From Moniliella sp. 'wahieum' (lineage: Eukaryota), in the NCBI GenBank assembly GCA_003971905.1, contig RSEE01000065.1, forward strand, positions 248,001 through 312,000: 64,000 nucleotides of DNA, given 5' to 3'. Both the position numbers and the translations under genes were made by a program. The first letter of the stretch is position 1. Every line of letters starts with the position of its first letter. This document shows, in pieces, positions 36,817-50,509 of the stretch. Under the pieces are notes generated by a model, which saw only the letters and a list, made by a program, of their open reading frames with translations, was not told where the DNA came from and searched no databases.

Positions 36817-38961
36817 ATGGCCTTTGTCCAGAAAGCACCTCCTTCGCGCCTCCGCCGGCCCAGCGACGCCGGCAGCACCCGCAGCCTCGGCCTGCCCAGC
36901 CCCGCTGCCGCCACCCTCACCGCGGCCCCCCGGCCCCCACCTATGCCCCGCGACCGTCGCATCCGATCGCGCCCCCCTCTTCTCCCCCTCCAGCTCCACC
37001 TTTCTTCCCGAGAGCGATGCTGAACTTGACCTTCTTGGCCTCCCGCCCTCTTCTTCGAGCCATGCCTCACTTGCCTCCCCCCATTTGCCCCCACAAAGTG
37101 CCCAGGACGACGCCTACTCATCGGTCAGCGAGATCTTCTCTCCATCAGGCTTTAGCGCCAGCGAGCGTGAAGGCGAAGTCGCACCAACGGATTTGGACCT
37201 GCCGCAGATTGGTGGCTTCCCCCTCTTCCTCTGCATGGGGACGGGGTGGTATTAGAAGGATCGGGTACTGGGGGATGGGCTCGATGGGCGGCAGCCCGAG
37301 CAGCTTGGGCCGCCGCCTCTGCTGCGGCGGCGGCGGAGCGAAGGCCTTCTGTTGCTTCTTTTGCCTCTTCGGCCTCAGCTGACGAACCGCCCAACCATGC
37401 TCGGTTCAGGTGCCAAGGTATCCCTACTCACAAGATCTGGGGGAACTACCCCCAGGGCAAATGACTCTGTCATGACGACGTCTTGGTCGTGGGCCCACCT
37501 ATCTCAGGCGGCTTCGGACGTTCAGGACGACACTGGTCCGTTGCTTGCGCCTCGCTCGGTGCACCCACCTCATGCGAATCGAGGGCTGGACATTCTCGAC
37601 GAGTTAGATGTGTTCGACGACGAGGTACAAACCACTCGGCGCGGCACGCCTGTGGCGACCATGGCGACCGCCACTCCAACCGAAGCATCTTCATACACCC
37701 CACTAGATGCCGGCTTTCCACCATCTCTACTCCCGCTCGAAGGGGAACGGAGTGGTGCGGCCACACCGCGCCGGTTGCGTTCGGCCGCCCCATCGCGCAC
37801 ACAGTCGCGCCTGAACCTTCTCATATCCCACGAGCCACCTGCTTCGATTGATATGGATCGACTTCGTCTCTTGACTCGCCCTGCTTCCCCTCCCCCTGAG
37901 CTATCCAGTGAACATATGGATGACCTCCTGGCCGCTGCTCCCGAGGCCGAATCCGCCGGGCTTCACAAACCCCGCCGGAGAGGATGAAGCGGACCCGACG
38001 GTTGCGCCGGGAAAGAACAGAGGAAGGGCGCCTGGGCCATGTATCGCAAGTCTGGTCCCGTCTCCATGGGGACTATGGCAGTTTCACCCCGGATCCCGAG
38101 GCGGTGTACAGCTCCGATTCGGATGGCTCGCTGGATGCTGTGCATAGCTCCAAGCGCTCTGCGGCAAGCGTGAGCGTCACCTCTACCACCCGTCGACGGC
38201 ATCGCGCGGATTTCGTAGCTAGACGGGGGTTGAGTACAAGCACATCCGATTGGTCCACACGCCCCGTTGCCCCGTCTGGCCGGGCGAGAGACCCGCCCAT
38301 CCGTCCAATTGACCCCACCACCCCAATGATTGGGCCGACTCGCCGTGAGGAAGGGCTGGTGACGACGATTTGGCGCAAGGTGTTTGCCGTGGACGAGGAC
38401 GTGATGAATGCGTTTTTGGCCGCCGAACCCGATGCATGCCCTAGACCCTGTCCGGAGCAGATGCCACTCGGGGTTGGCCGTCCCCCCCCTCGCAAGTTTG
38501 GGTTTGGCGACAATGATCCAAGTGTGGAGGCGTACGATGTCCAAGAGCAGGATGAGGTCATGCCTGATCGCTTGCCTTCCCCTCCGGCTACTCCGGAACT
38601 GACGCCAAAGGTGCTAGAATCAAGGTCGGTCGAACAGGACGCTCAGCCATCGGTCCCAGCCGAACCGTACTTGCTCCCGCTTCCGTTATTGGGGAAGCTT
38701 GAGTCGCTCGCTTCGGCCTCGCGGGCTCGTAGATTGCCTCCACCCACACCACTGCATACACCGCCCCGCCGCGTTCGCTCCCTCCCCTACCGAGGGGAAC
38801 CTCCTTTGCAGTCTAGCACGGGAGAGGCCCTGCAGGTTTTGCTGGACTCGGTGGGATCCCACTTGTCTAGTCAAGTGAGCCGCCATCTGTTCTTTCTCCT
38901 TTGCTCGAGGCTGGTTTGCCCGCGATCCCACGGGAGGACAGGGTGCAGGCAGAAGGCCTAG
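36817..38961 (+). CDS. Hypothetical Pro/Ser/Arg-rich protein (frameshifted)
   Basis: Chain of same-strand ORFs (36817, 36680, 37246, 37352, 37984) with continuous low-complexity coding character. 3' end uncertain. Confidence 0.5.
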
Positions 38962-39287
38962 CTAGGAGCCGATCCTTGTCAACCTCCTCGATGGATACCA
39001 TTGCACGGTACCAACTGGGCGAATAGGCCCTCGGGGGTGCATATGTTTGTGGTTCTCGTTGTGGGCTCCTTTTCTTTTCCTCGCGCTTTCCAGCTCGCTG
39101 TCATGTGGAAACAGCATGTATACATTGATTTCTCGTCGGACAATTAAGGCCAATTGACGCATCCTCTACCGATCCATTATAGGAAACAAAATAATGTCTT
39201 CGGGGAGTCTCTGAGATGGCACCCCATGTGGGAATTAGACAAAGGAAGAAGGGATGTGAGAGACTGGATTGGGTTGGGTTCAAAGGC

Positions 39288-40597
39288 TTAGCCCTTCTTG
39301 AGGGCCCGTTCGGGGTGCTTGTGGTACAAGCTGACCCACTTGTCCCATGCCTTGGCTGCCTTGGCCATCGTGTCCTTCAGGTCACGTTGCACCTGAGTAT
39401 GCTCCCACTTTCGTCTTCCCAATTGTGTTCTTGGTACTGGTCCGAGGGCTGCCACCCAATGGCTTTGAGGATGGTATCCTCCGACGGGATCGCCGGACGC
39501 GTCGAGGGCCGGAAGCGGGCAGGGTCGCGCTCGATGCACTGGCCCAAGAGGTACGCAGCCAAAGGTTCAGCCCGCTGCGACGGAACAAAGTTGAGTTTGA
39601 GTTGGGTCTGGCCCTTGGCGGTGGAGGAGCCAAGCCGTTTGGTCACGCTCCGTGCCATCTTGGCTCCACGGATGGAGGAAGCCGCCCACACCGCATCCAC
39701 CTCCAACGCCCCACCAAACACCCATCCACAAAACACCAGGGCCCAATCCAGAGCAGCCGACACGGGCAGGAGGCCAGTCGCGATGATCGCGTCCTTCTCG
39801 GCCTTTTTGCGGGTGCGCAGAATGGTGTCCACAAACTCGGCTCGAATCTGTTCGGGGGTGAGAGCGAGCGAAGGCGGGTAGAAGAACAACATCTCTTCCA
39901 GATGCACCGTCGCGCGCGTTTCCTCCTCCTCATGTGGGTTGTCCTCGTGCGCACCCAGGTCGTCGTGGCCGCCACGCGCACCGGAACTTTCGACGGGCTT
40001 TCCATCTTGCGGGATGCGCGTCAAAAAGTCAAGTTGGGCCGTGGTGGTCTTGTCGGTGGCCCAGGCGACGCCCTTGGTGATGCGACCCTTGATGCCCTTC
40101 CAGGAGGCAACCTTGGCGTCCGATTCGCGTGCCTCGCGCACCTCGCCCTGCCACTTGCGCTGGATCTTGTGCGACGTGCTCTCATGCTCCGTCTCAGTCG
40201 GCTTGAGCAACGGCCGGCGGCGGGGTGTAGAGCAAGAACCGGAGCGGAGGCGCGTCTCCGCCGTTGGGCGCAGGGAAGGGCACGAGGTAGGCCACCAGTT
40301 TGTGTGGGTCGCGCACATACTCGTCCTCGGCGCCAGCGGGAGGAGCAGGGTAGAGCGGCGCGTGCTGCGGCGGCTTTTCGATGGCGGAGGAAAAGGAAGC
40401 CCCGGCCGGGGAGGAGCAGGGTAGAGCGGCGCGTGCTGCGGCGGCTTCTCGACGGCAGCGGAAAAGGCACCGGCCTCGACAGCCTGCTGGGCAGGTGCGC
40501 CAGCGGGGGCAATGCCGGACGGAGGGGAGCCAGGCGGGGGCGGATAGGCGGCGACGGCGGGCGGAGGGGAGCCGGGCGGGGGCGGATAGGCGGCCAT
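39288..40597 (-). CDS. Conserved fungal hypothetical protein with a Pro-rich repeated N-terminus
   Basis: AAYPPPPGSPP x2, EKPPQHAPLYPAPP x2, then YVRDPHKLVAYLVPFP..RFLLYTPP..KIQRKWQGEVREA..EFVDTILRTRKKAEKDAIIATGLLPV..GGALEVDAVW. Confidence 0.75.
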
Positions 40598-41043
40598 GGC
40601 GACGGCGGTGGGGGAGGACAAGGAGACCAAGTCGCAGTCCGTCGCTTGTCGCTGGCCTGCTGTGGGCCACTGCACCGCCCGAGCGTCGCGCACTGCGCAT
40701 CACATGCATCACAGCTTTCGCCCGACGCTCCCACACGTTTCCGCGGAGGTCACGCAGCGCACGTGCTTACGCGAGTAGCTTACATTAGCACCCTCGGCCT
40801 GGTCTGGCGGATTGAAGACCACCGTGCGCTTTTTGTGCTTGTCTGAAGAGTCTATCGATCTTATTCTGTCTGTCTGACATCAGACGTTGACCAACGGTGA
40901 CGGTGTCGTCGCGCGTCCCTACGGTATGCCGGATGGAGCACAGGGATAGCAACTAAATGAACTCTGCTCCTTGCCTTCACCAAGAAAATTACCGTCTGCG
41001 GTGGACCACCCATCCCAATGAGGGGGAACTGGTGGGTGGTCAT

Positions 41044-44000
41044 TCATAGAATCCAGTAGGCATGGGCAAGTTGCTCAAGGCGACGAGTGCGATGACCTTC
41101 GTTCCCAAGAGGGGCAGGCCCCTTTGCCGTGGAACGACCCCTATTCATGCTTCGCTGATACACGGCCATGGCAATGGTCTCCGCTCTTTTAGGGTTCATG
41201 CCATACGAATCGACCACGTTGACGGTTTGCATCATCCGCTCGTAGTCACCCAGAGCGCCAAAGGCCTGGGACGCCTGGATGAGCACATCAATCGGGACGC
41301 AGAACGAACCCACGAACGAGTCACGGTGAAATGGTCCTTCGCCGGCCGCAGCGGGGGGCGACAACTTTCGGACAGTGGGGGCGGCCACCTGGAACACCGC
41401 CAGACTCTGCAACTCCAAGCCATGTTTGTAGGCGCGCCAGATGGACGACGGTGGTGGGACCGTGGCGGGGAAGATGGAGTACTCGTCGGGGACGGACAAG
41501 GTTAGAGAGTCTGCAGTAGTCAGCTCGTCTGAGCCGTAGCCGGCATCAGCAAGTGCAAGTTGAGTGGCACCTGTGTTTTCCAACGTTTCGGTGTCGTCGA
41601 TGGAAAGCTTGTGGGGAAGCTGCCAGGCCGACCAATCCAGAGGCATGTAGGCCACACCACGTCGGGCCATCACCAAGGCAGTGACTACCTTCCACAACTG
41701 GTCGCTCCAAAAAGAGCGCTGGCTTTGATCTTTAAGAAAGCCGGCCATTTGGCGGATGCGTTGGATGAGCAAACACCATTCCGGAACTCGACGGTGGCGC
41801 CAGAGACAAATACGGTGCGGAAAAGCGAGATGGCAGGGAGAAGCTGGGTGTTCCAGTGTGTTGAGCTTGAGCCGTTCAGCGAGCGCCAATGGTAGGTGAA
41901 AAAGGAGGAGCTCCGCTCGGAATATCCGGCAGAAGTGAAATGAAGGATGGCGTAGATTGATCTGCCGTGCGCCAGCCAGCGGGAGATGTGGATAAGCACG
42001 CCAGCAAAGTGTTGCACGTCGGCTGTATCGAAATGGTTGCGAACGAAATGGGCAAACTGGGATGGAGGCATACGCGATGCCATGTGCAGGACGGCAAAAG
42101 GATGCGCCCCCAAATTGATGCCCAATTGTACAAAGGCCGTTTGTTGTGCCATGAGCGACGCTGCTGCATAATACCTCTGGGCCCAGAGAGTATGGAAGAT
42201 ACTTTCAATGATAGTTGCGGCGGTCACGGTGGAGATGCGGTTGGGGAGAATGTCTGTAAGCCCAGGCATCATTTGGGCTAATTCAGCGAATCTTCCTTGG
42301 GCCAAAAGACTCGCGGCAAAGCTCCCATCGTCGGGATCCGCCCGGGCCATTTCCTGAAAAATCAAAACAATTGAGTTGGTTGGCAGGGGCACGTCTCGCT
42401 GGCGCAAATGCTTGGCACATTGGAACGCGTCGTCATATTCCCCCCAGCAACGCCGTGTTGAATAGGCTCACTAGGTCGTCTGTCGACAGCGCGGGAGACA
42501 CCTCATCTGGTACACACGACCGGTCAAAAACTTGGTTGAGGTACGTGCTGTACTTGCGTTCGACCAGTGCCAAGTCTAAATTCGTCCGGGCCCGCACTTG
42601 AGCACGGTCGTCACTGGAGGAGATTTCTGAAGCGACAAAACTGGCCATGTCCTCAATGGTTTGGATTGTCCAGTCAGGGCTCTGGATATGGTGCCACTGC
42701 AGCTGAAACTGACGAAATCTGGCTGAAAGCAAGAGGAACCAGTCTGTACGTGGATACTTGGCGGAGTGGAAGGTGGCAACAATCCTCCGTGTCATGGACA
42801 CATTGAGCGTCGCATTAGCCGCCCGAATCAGACTTTCCACCTGATCCTGCGACAGATCCTGATCAACCAATAGCACCGCGTCACGGCGTCGTCTAGGGGC
42901 ATACTTCCCTCGCACGTCCAGACCAGTCCAGGCAGCAAAGAACCTTGCTGCATCTTCACCATAGCCATGCCTCAGTAGGGCACTGAGAAGAGCTTGAGCA
43001 TCTTCCAGGGGATGCTGTAAATGTGGCTTGCCGGGATCCAGTCCAAGGCAGAGATAAGTTTCGCACAGCTGCTGGACTTAGACGCTGGATGAGGAGGACA
43101 ACCTGTTGCGCAAGAAGCTCACCCATTAGATCTTGGTACACGTCTTTTTCGGCCTCAGCTGCCCCAGGAGCGGCTTCATCAGGCAACTCGGTTGCACTCT
43201 CCTTCAATGAACGACGTGTCCAGAACAAATCATCAGCCAGCAAAAGTAGACTGTGGGTGGAGGCTTCAGGGTCCTGGGCACATAGGAGAAGGCGCAAGCT
43301 GGCAAAGCGCATCGTCAGGCGGACTTTAATCGTTTCCATCTCGGCTAGGGTGGGTCCCGTGGTGCCGCGTTCGGGTCCGAGAGCTCGCCCATGACTTCCT
43401 CGCGCAGCCAAGAGATCAATGCATCGACGTCGAACGCGGTTCTGGTCATAATCTCATCAATACTCTCTTGGGGCACTTGGATTCGCACTGGAAGCGAGAA
43501 TGTCCCCAAATTGTTGGAGTACCGAGCCAACAATCTGAATTTGCCGGGCGGTTTGACGAGAAGAGGACAGAGAATCAACCTCGGGGAACCAATGGGGCAG
43601 CTTGGCCAAAGGTTTTTGCTTGTCGGGGTCAGCCGTGCCCACAGACCCGGTTTGCTTCAACTCTTGTTCACGAAGCCCTGCGTAGTCCAGTCTCCGAATG
43701 AAGATGGCCGGGTTCATATAGTACGCCAGTAAATCTGCTGCTTCCTGCAAAGAAGGAAACACATCGGACCGACCAGTCTCAGAGGGAAAGGAGGCGCTTA
43801 ATTCCTTACGAAGTCCTTCGACAAGGTAGAATAAGTGGACATCCTTCTGGTCGGATCGAAGCAACAGAGCGAAGAGCCGCCGCATCGCTGATGGAGGAAG
43901 AGAGGCCACGATCTTAGGCATTGAGTGAGGTACGTCCTCGGTCGTCCTTTGCATTTCAATTCGATCAGATTTGATCACCATCCGAACCACCTGAGCCACT

Positions 44001-45061
44001 AAATTAGGAGTGAATAGTTCTTGCCCCTCCTTAGAAGGGATGCGTTGCGATGGAGAGAGCGCTTCTCGAAGGACAAAGCTGAGAAGCATCTTGTACGCGT
44101 CGGAGCCGGCCTGGGCTCCGAAATGGCCACCTTCCATGCGAAGCGGACTGAGAAGATCAACTGTAGTCAAAGCCGGAACTGGAGTCTCCGGCCGGTGCTT
44201 CTTTCGCATCAGGCTCATCTGGCTGGTTAGCTGCTCCCAGAACAGACCTTCGTTGTTCTCAAACAGCCTGGGGATAGCGGTGGAGTCAATGTCGCACAAG
44301 AAGAGCTTGAGGAGGCTGAGGTTGTTGATCGCGACAATGTCACAAAGCACGTTGTCCCACATCTTAACATCAACGCCCGAAAGGTCAATCCAACCGTTGG
44401 CGGCGTATGTGCGACCAAGAATGTATAGGTCCACGCGTGACATATCACCTAGTTGGCCTGGGCCGTGAAGAGCATCCAAGACATCTTGGGGACTTATGAG
44501 CTGGGCCTCACTGAGTGTGATCAACTCTTGAGTATGCATGTTGAGGTCATACAACTCCCATCCCGAGGGAATGTAGCCAGGGTTCTCGTCGCCCTCGAAG
44601 GCAGTGTTACCAACAGGTTTGTGTGAGGAAACGAGTGTAGGTACCAAGGTGCCGGGGGGGGCTGGAATGTCTTGTATCTTGTGCCTTTCGTTCTTCAGGT
44701 AGCTATAGTTGAAGCTAGCCGGAGGCTTTGAGGGCCTGCGCGTGAGAATGTGGCCGCGAGAAACTGTATGTGCACGACGGGTGGCAGCGGGTAGGATGAG
44801 GGGGGTCTGAGTTCGGGGCAGGGTTAGTGGAAAAGCTGGGAGAGGCAGAAGAAAGGGGGGACGGCGTACGAGAGTGAGGGGTCCACCTGGGGTGCGATGT
44901 GCAAAGAGAGGGGAACGGCAGGCCAGATGGGCAGCACGCGGCGAGGGGAGTGTGGGCACAGGCGCGCACGTGGTAGCGACAGAGCGCGCTGGGATGGGTG
45001 CGGAATGCGGAAGCCGCAGGAGCCGCCCAGGGGGCCAGGAGCGAGTGCGAATAGGAAGCAT
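41044..45061 (-). CDS. Large hypothetical protein, probably mitochondrial (five consecutive ORF fragments)
   Basis: Arg/Pro/Leu-rich, acid-free N-terminus (MLPIRTRSWPPGRLLRL..RRAHT) resembling a presequence. Abutting ORFs 43457-45298, 42956-43411, 42433-42915, 41685-42407 and 41044-41889. Confidence 0.6.
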
Positions 45062-45416
45062 CTCGTCTGTATTGCTCCGCTGGGCTCGCGGGGGTCGCTT
45101 GACCTGCCACTGCCTGCGGAAAGGGGCTGGTGGTGGGAGAGGAGGGTTATGGCGTCTGCGTCTGTGGATGCAACAAAAATCAGTGGAATGCGCTCGCCTG
45201 CTCTCGCCAACTACTACTCCAACCCCGTCTTCTGGTTTCAATGTTGCCCTTCCAGGAGGCATTTCGCTGCCCACAACCCCACCGCAAGCAACTCGCACTC
45301 ACACCCACGCCACCTGGCTCAGACTGCATCACACCTGCGCCCCAGCCTCTTGCACATCCACGTCCTCAGCACCAGCGGCGCCCGCTCGCCCAGCCCGCCC
45401 TCCATCTCTCTTCCCT

Positions 45417-46099
45417 ATGGCCCTCCTGTCCGTCAGCTTTCTCCGCACAGCAGGCCGTGTATCCGTGTCAGCAGTCCAGCTCATTGCCGCTGTCCACCTC
45501 TTCACCACCCATATCGCCGACGCCCGCATGACCGTTGGCAGCAGCATGGCTCCCACCATGTCTCCATCAGGCGAGATGGTTGTGTGCGTCAAGTTTCCCG
45601 TCTACAATGCCCTCCGCAGCCTGCGCGACAATTACCGCGCCCTCATGGACGTGCTTTCCTCTAGTCAGCCTGACCCAGCGCTCTTGGAACGCCAGGCCTA
45701 CGCCCAAAAGTCCCGCAATACCCTCGACCTCGAGCTCGGCGAACTAGTTGTCGCCGTCTCGCCCACCAACCCAGCACGCGCCGTGTGCAAGCGCGTGCTT
45801 GGCCTGCCCGGGGATACACTCCAGTCCGACCCACGCGACGACCAGTCGGCCATGGTCACTGTTCCCCGCGGCCATGTCTGGCTCGCCGGCGACAATATCA
45901 ACAATTCAACAGATTCGCGGTACTATGGTCCTGTTCCCCTGGGACTCTTACGTGGACGTGTGGTGGCCAGGGTGGGTTGGTCGTCTCTAGTTGTGCTCCC
46001 CCCCGTGTTACTCACCCTCTCTTTTTTCTTTTGCAGCTGCTTCCCCTTGAGTGGTTGGGCAGCACACTTCAAACATCTCCAATACGAGCAATGGGCTGA
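45417..46099 (+). CDS. IMP1: Mitochondrial inner membrane peptidase subunit (S26), Imp1-like
   Basis: TVGSSMAPT (catalytic Ser), VCKRVLGLPGD (catalytic Lys), VPRGHVWLAGDN..STDSRYYGPVPLGLLRGRV. One 3' intron. Confidence 0.88.
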
Positions 46100-46200
46100 C
46101 CCGTTTTCCCATCCTCCTTCTCAACCACAACTCGTTACATTTACGCACGCACCAATATACCACGCCTATTCTAACCCCATGGATTAGGTAGCACATCAGA

Positions 46201-47132
46201 TCAGAGGCCCGATAGCAAGCCCAGCACTTGCGCTTCATGCTGCGCAGCCGCCTCCGGCTCCGAGGGGAATGACAGGCCAGGAGGGATGGGTGCGTTCGCA
46301 TCGCGTGAGATGAGTCCACGGAGATACAGATCGTACACCACCTCCTCAATCTTCTTCACGTCGTACTACACAAACATAAATTGGTCAGCCATGGACACTT
46401 GTAGAGAAAAGGGGAAGAACAACGAACCTTGATCGAGTCAAACCTCCTCCGCAACTCATTGTTCTTGAGATTGAGCAGCTGGAAGCCAGCGTATAGGTCT
46501 TTGATAAAGTGAGAGATGACGATAGGGGTGCCTAGGTCACCCAGAGTGACCGATGTATAAGCCAGGCGGGAAAGCTCATTGGTAACAAATGTGAGTGAGA
46601 CGAGGTAGTCCTCGGCAGGCAAAAGAACCCGGTCGCCATTCTGCGAGGGAATGCTAAGACCTTCGTCACGCCATCAAGATGCAGCAGCTTGCCTGTTCCA
46701 ATAAAGTAAGCCAGAACTGCAGCAGAGGAAAGTTGCTTGAGGGCAAAGGCAAAAGTCTGGTTCCATTGGTAGTATCGATGTTCGGGGACCAGCAAGAGAG
46801 CTCGGACACCAAGCTCCGGACATGGGTAAACATGGGACCAAGCGGGGTCATGATCTTGGCACTGACCTCCGCGGCTGAAACAGCATGAACCCGGGCAAGA
46901 TGGGACCATATGGTACGGTAGGATTGGTCAAGTGCCTTGGACTTGTCTTGCAGTTTCTGGATGACGAGCGCTTACGCCGTTAGGGATGGCCGTGAGGGCA
47001 CGAAGGCCAACGTACCTCGCTGAGTTCCTTGTCCTCGTCCATCTGCAGCGCCAGGGCCTGGAAGTCGAGGGAAGCAGTCAGGTCTGCAGAACCCGAACCA
47101 GGTGTAGGATTGGCTGCCGCATTGGGGTCCAT
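46201..47132 (-). CDS. TSN1: Translin
   Basis: EDYLVSLTFVTNELSRLAYTSVTLGD..FIKDLYAGFQLLNLKNNELRRRFDSIK|YDVKKIEEVVYDLYLRGL. Two introns. Confidence 0.93.
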
Positions 47133-48603
47133 GATTGACGGGGGCAGTGGTGGCGGGTAGGGTCGGAACTCAGTTGGTCCAGTGAAGACTCGAGCCTCCA
47201 AAGAAAAGGAGGAACACCAAGCATTTCAACATGAACATTTCACCATGAGTTTCAAAGTCAAACGTTCAATTCCTTGACTCAGTCCGTTCCGCCTTCCCCT
47301 TCCGCTCCCACCTTTTGCCTTCCTCAGTTTAACAGCAGCGCCACTTCTCCTTCTAGCGGTGATTGTCACTGCAGGTGGCTCAGGCGCTCAGGAGGGAGGC
47401 CGAGACGTCAATGAGAGGCCTGGAGATAATAAGTAGGGCATACCCTGCCATGCGCCTTATGCGAGATGAGGGACGGAGATTCAGACTTGTTCGACATGTT
47501 TTTGTGAGCATGCGTTGGGAAAAGAGAATGAGCATACGCACCCTCTTTACAGCGATGAAAGACAACAGAGAAAGGCACACAGTAAAAGTCGCAGACAGAG
47601 CAGCAGACTTGGGACACGGGTGAATACAAAAGAATGTAAATCCATCTCAGGCCTGAGCCTCAGGGTCGTTCATATTTGTTTGGCTTGTGATACTCTTGCG
47701 AGTCATCGCCTTGTTCCTGCAGCTGTGTTTCGGTGCGGGTGATGGTCATGGTGCTCGAGCCGCCATTGCGGCGAGCCTTGGGCTTCTTGAGCTTCTTTGG
47801 ATGGCAGTTGTGGTGTTCATTGTCTGAATTGGTGCAAGCGTGGGAATCACCATGATCTACACGAGCCTTCCCCTTTAATCTCCTTCGCGCATCAGCAGCT
47901 GCCCCGGAGGAGGAAACAGATGAGTCGGATGCGTCCGAGTCCGAGTCCGAGTCCGAGTCCGAATCATCAGATGAGCCTGACCCAGATTCAGAGGAATTCG
48001 TCAAAGCTGCGCGGCTTATGGTAGATACAGCAAACTGCAACGATACGCCGACGTGGTCAGTGCCGCCTTCTCATAGGCCAGAGGGAGAGGATGAGAGGGG
48101 AGAGCGGCGTACTTTTTGATTTTTTACGGCCTAGTCCTTCATTGTCAATCGTATCTTCGGTCCACATAACTCGGGGGGCAGACTGACTCGACTCGGGAAG
48201 CTGAGAGCCTTGCAACACCAGATGGACCGACGGGTTCCGCTCCAGGGGAGAACAGTAGTCGTAACAACTTGTGACGGAGTGCTCATGGCGTGGGTGCGAA
48301 CGAGGGTGCGACCACCACTACGTGAATCCGGCATCGTTGGCAGTGATAGCGGAAGCGGGTGCGAACAAAGCAGGTGGAGAGACGGCTAGTCGTGGCGCGC
48401 ATTACTTGCACATGCTGAGGCACAGGTGTCTGGGGTATCATGCATGCATGCATCGTGCATCATGCATCCTCCCCTCTCCTCCCGCGTTGTGACAGCTGTA
48501 TCGGCATGGCTCAGCTTCTGAGTAATGAAAGAGTCAGTCTGGTAGTACAAGCTTGAATTCTAGAAGGGTTAGATGGCCCAATTGTGTGAATTGGCCAAAA
48601 ATT

Positions 48604-48700
48604 TGCTTCAAAGGGGAATCGAACCCCTGTCACATCGATGTTTGATGGACACTGACGCCATGCTTGGCAACGATGTAGTATACCACTAACCCATTGAAGC
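48604..48700 (-). tRNA. tRNA-Gly(GCC) with 26-nt intron
   Basis: Acceptor GCTTCAA/TTGAAGC, D loop AGTGGT, anticodon stem CATCG/CGATG with TT-GCC-A, T arm AGGGG-TTCGATT-CCCCT, downstream T5 Pol III terminator. Confidence 0.95.
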
Positions 48701-49275
48701 TTGATAACTGCCTTTGACAGAAATCCATCAGGTATATATATTGGCACTTGTATGTTGGACCAAAAACTTGGGAATAACAATGTCGCTGTCTATAGTCACA
48801 TGGCTGATACCTTTCGTTGGTCTCCAGTATGACGGATCACACACACATTCCCACAGGATGTGGGTATGATCCTTGTTCTAGATCTTCCTTGCCCCCTTTT
48901 GTGTCTCTTTCCCCTCATCACGCGTGATCTACCGTGTGATAGCTTCTCCTTCTCCGGTATATAAGGCACCATTCCATGCAGCCTGAATGTACCTGTCGGC
49001 ATCCGAAGCAATCTCCCTCCTACGCAGTATCACCATCATCATAGAATGCATTTGTCAAAATATATAGCCATCCACTTCCACATATGACCTCTTGGCGCGG
49101 AAAGAAAAGTTCTATATAATTGCAAATGGGGCTATGTCATCTTTTGCCCAGAACACCGAAGGAAACGGAAATCTAGTCATGGGGTTTGTGGTAAACCAAA
49201 AGGATGCCGCGAGTGGAAAACTGCGACGCAGGAACAGGGGTAATCGTAACGTGGAGAAATTTAGCCAAAAAAGTA

Positions 49276-49370
49276 CGACAATGACAGGACTCGAACCTGT
49301 GCAGGCCAAGCCTAATTGATGTTGCGAAGCGAATTCGAATCAATCCCCTTAACCGCTCGGGCACATTGCC
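49276..49370 (-). tRNA. tRNA-Ser(CGA) with 13-nt intron
   Basis: Acceptor GGCAATG/CATTGTC, anticodon stem ATTGA/TCAAT with TT-CGA-A, long variable arm AGGC-TTG-GCCT, T arm ACAGG-TTCGAGT-CCTGT, downstream T6 terminator. Confidence 0.95.
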
Positions 49371-49677
49371 TTTATTCTTGGTTCCATTCTACACGGTCTC
49401 CGGTTGTTTGCTTTCTGCATCACACACACTCATCATTAACGCGAAAAACCGAGTGCCCGGAGGAGACGTGGGCTCAACCTGTAAAGAGGATATGGTCTGC
49501 AAAGAGAAGGAGAAGAGAGAGGTGATGGATCTATTCCAAGAGAGGAACGCGTTAGGGGCAGATTGGGCCGACGGTAGGTCTATGGCACCCCCACTCAGAT
49601 TTGGGGGTTGTTTTGGACGGGAGCAACAAGGGTGACCGAAAGGGCAACCCCCTCGCCCCGTTCTTTTTCCTCATTAC

Positions 49678-50509
49678 TGTCACGGGCGGGCCGCCAGGGG
49701 GGCCGCCTGGGGTTTTTGGGGTACAATCCCTTAGGCGACGGTAGGCCAACTCACGGTAGTTTCGGGCTTAGGCTGGTTGGTGTGTCCGAGCGGAGCTAGG
49801 GACGAGGAGAGGCCTTTGGTGGGGCGGCTGCACGTGTGGCAAGGCTGCGTCTGCACCGGCTTGGGCCGTAGTAACGTGTCTGAAGCCTCCGGGACTTAGG
49901 GACTGGAGGAGGCAGAGGGGGACAAACACTGCCTCAACTGTGACTGGGAATCGACGCGACCAAAGGAGGGCTCGCGCGACTGGACTGACGAATGGCTGGA
50001 GGACGAGGTCGGAGGGGATGTCAGACGCTAACAAGAGTAGGCTGCCTGTACTGGATCGATTGGCTGGAAAACGGGCAGGAGTCGGACAGGATAGGCGAGA
50101 GCGTAGACGGGGGTTGAGACGAGAATGGAAGGTGGGGAAAAGATCCTCATCAACCAGGGTACAGGCAGGATCAAAAGGGAAACGGATACAAGGGGGGTGT
50201 AGAAAGGAAGACATGTCAAAAGCGGGGTTGATCGCCACAGGCGCGACCGAGAAAGGAAACCGAAACGGGGACGGTGCGACAGACGTCGCCACGGCATAGA
50301 AGCTCGGTGGCCCTATTTAGGCCGGCCGACTTGGACGTGGGGGGGGGCGACTATTGTCGCACGGAGCATGACCCTTCGGCCACGATATTTAATTTAGCCA
50401 ACCATCATCACACTTGGTTGGCCTGCTGAGCACGCTCTACTGGGCATGTGCGGAGCAGGCGGGCCTTAGCTTGGGTCGGACCATCTCGTGTCCGCCGCAG
50501 CCCGTGACA
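49678..50509 (-). mobile_element. Solo LTR (832 bp) of a Ty3/gypsy family with 5-bp TSD
   Basis: Termini TGTCACGGGC...GCCCGTGACA (10-bp inverted), flanked by ATTAC at 49673-49677 and 50510-50514. Its reverse complement matches the 3' LTR end of the gypsy remnant at 59195-59422, which sets the orientation. Confidence 0.93.

Noticed and set aside
47364..48494. TGTCAC...GTGACA pair as another solo LTR
   Set aside because: The flanks (GTGAT vs GCTGT) are not a TSD and the interior shows no similarity to the LTR family.
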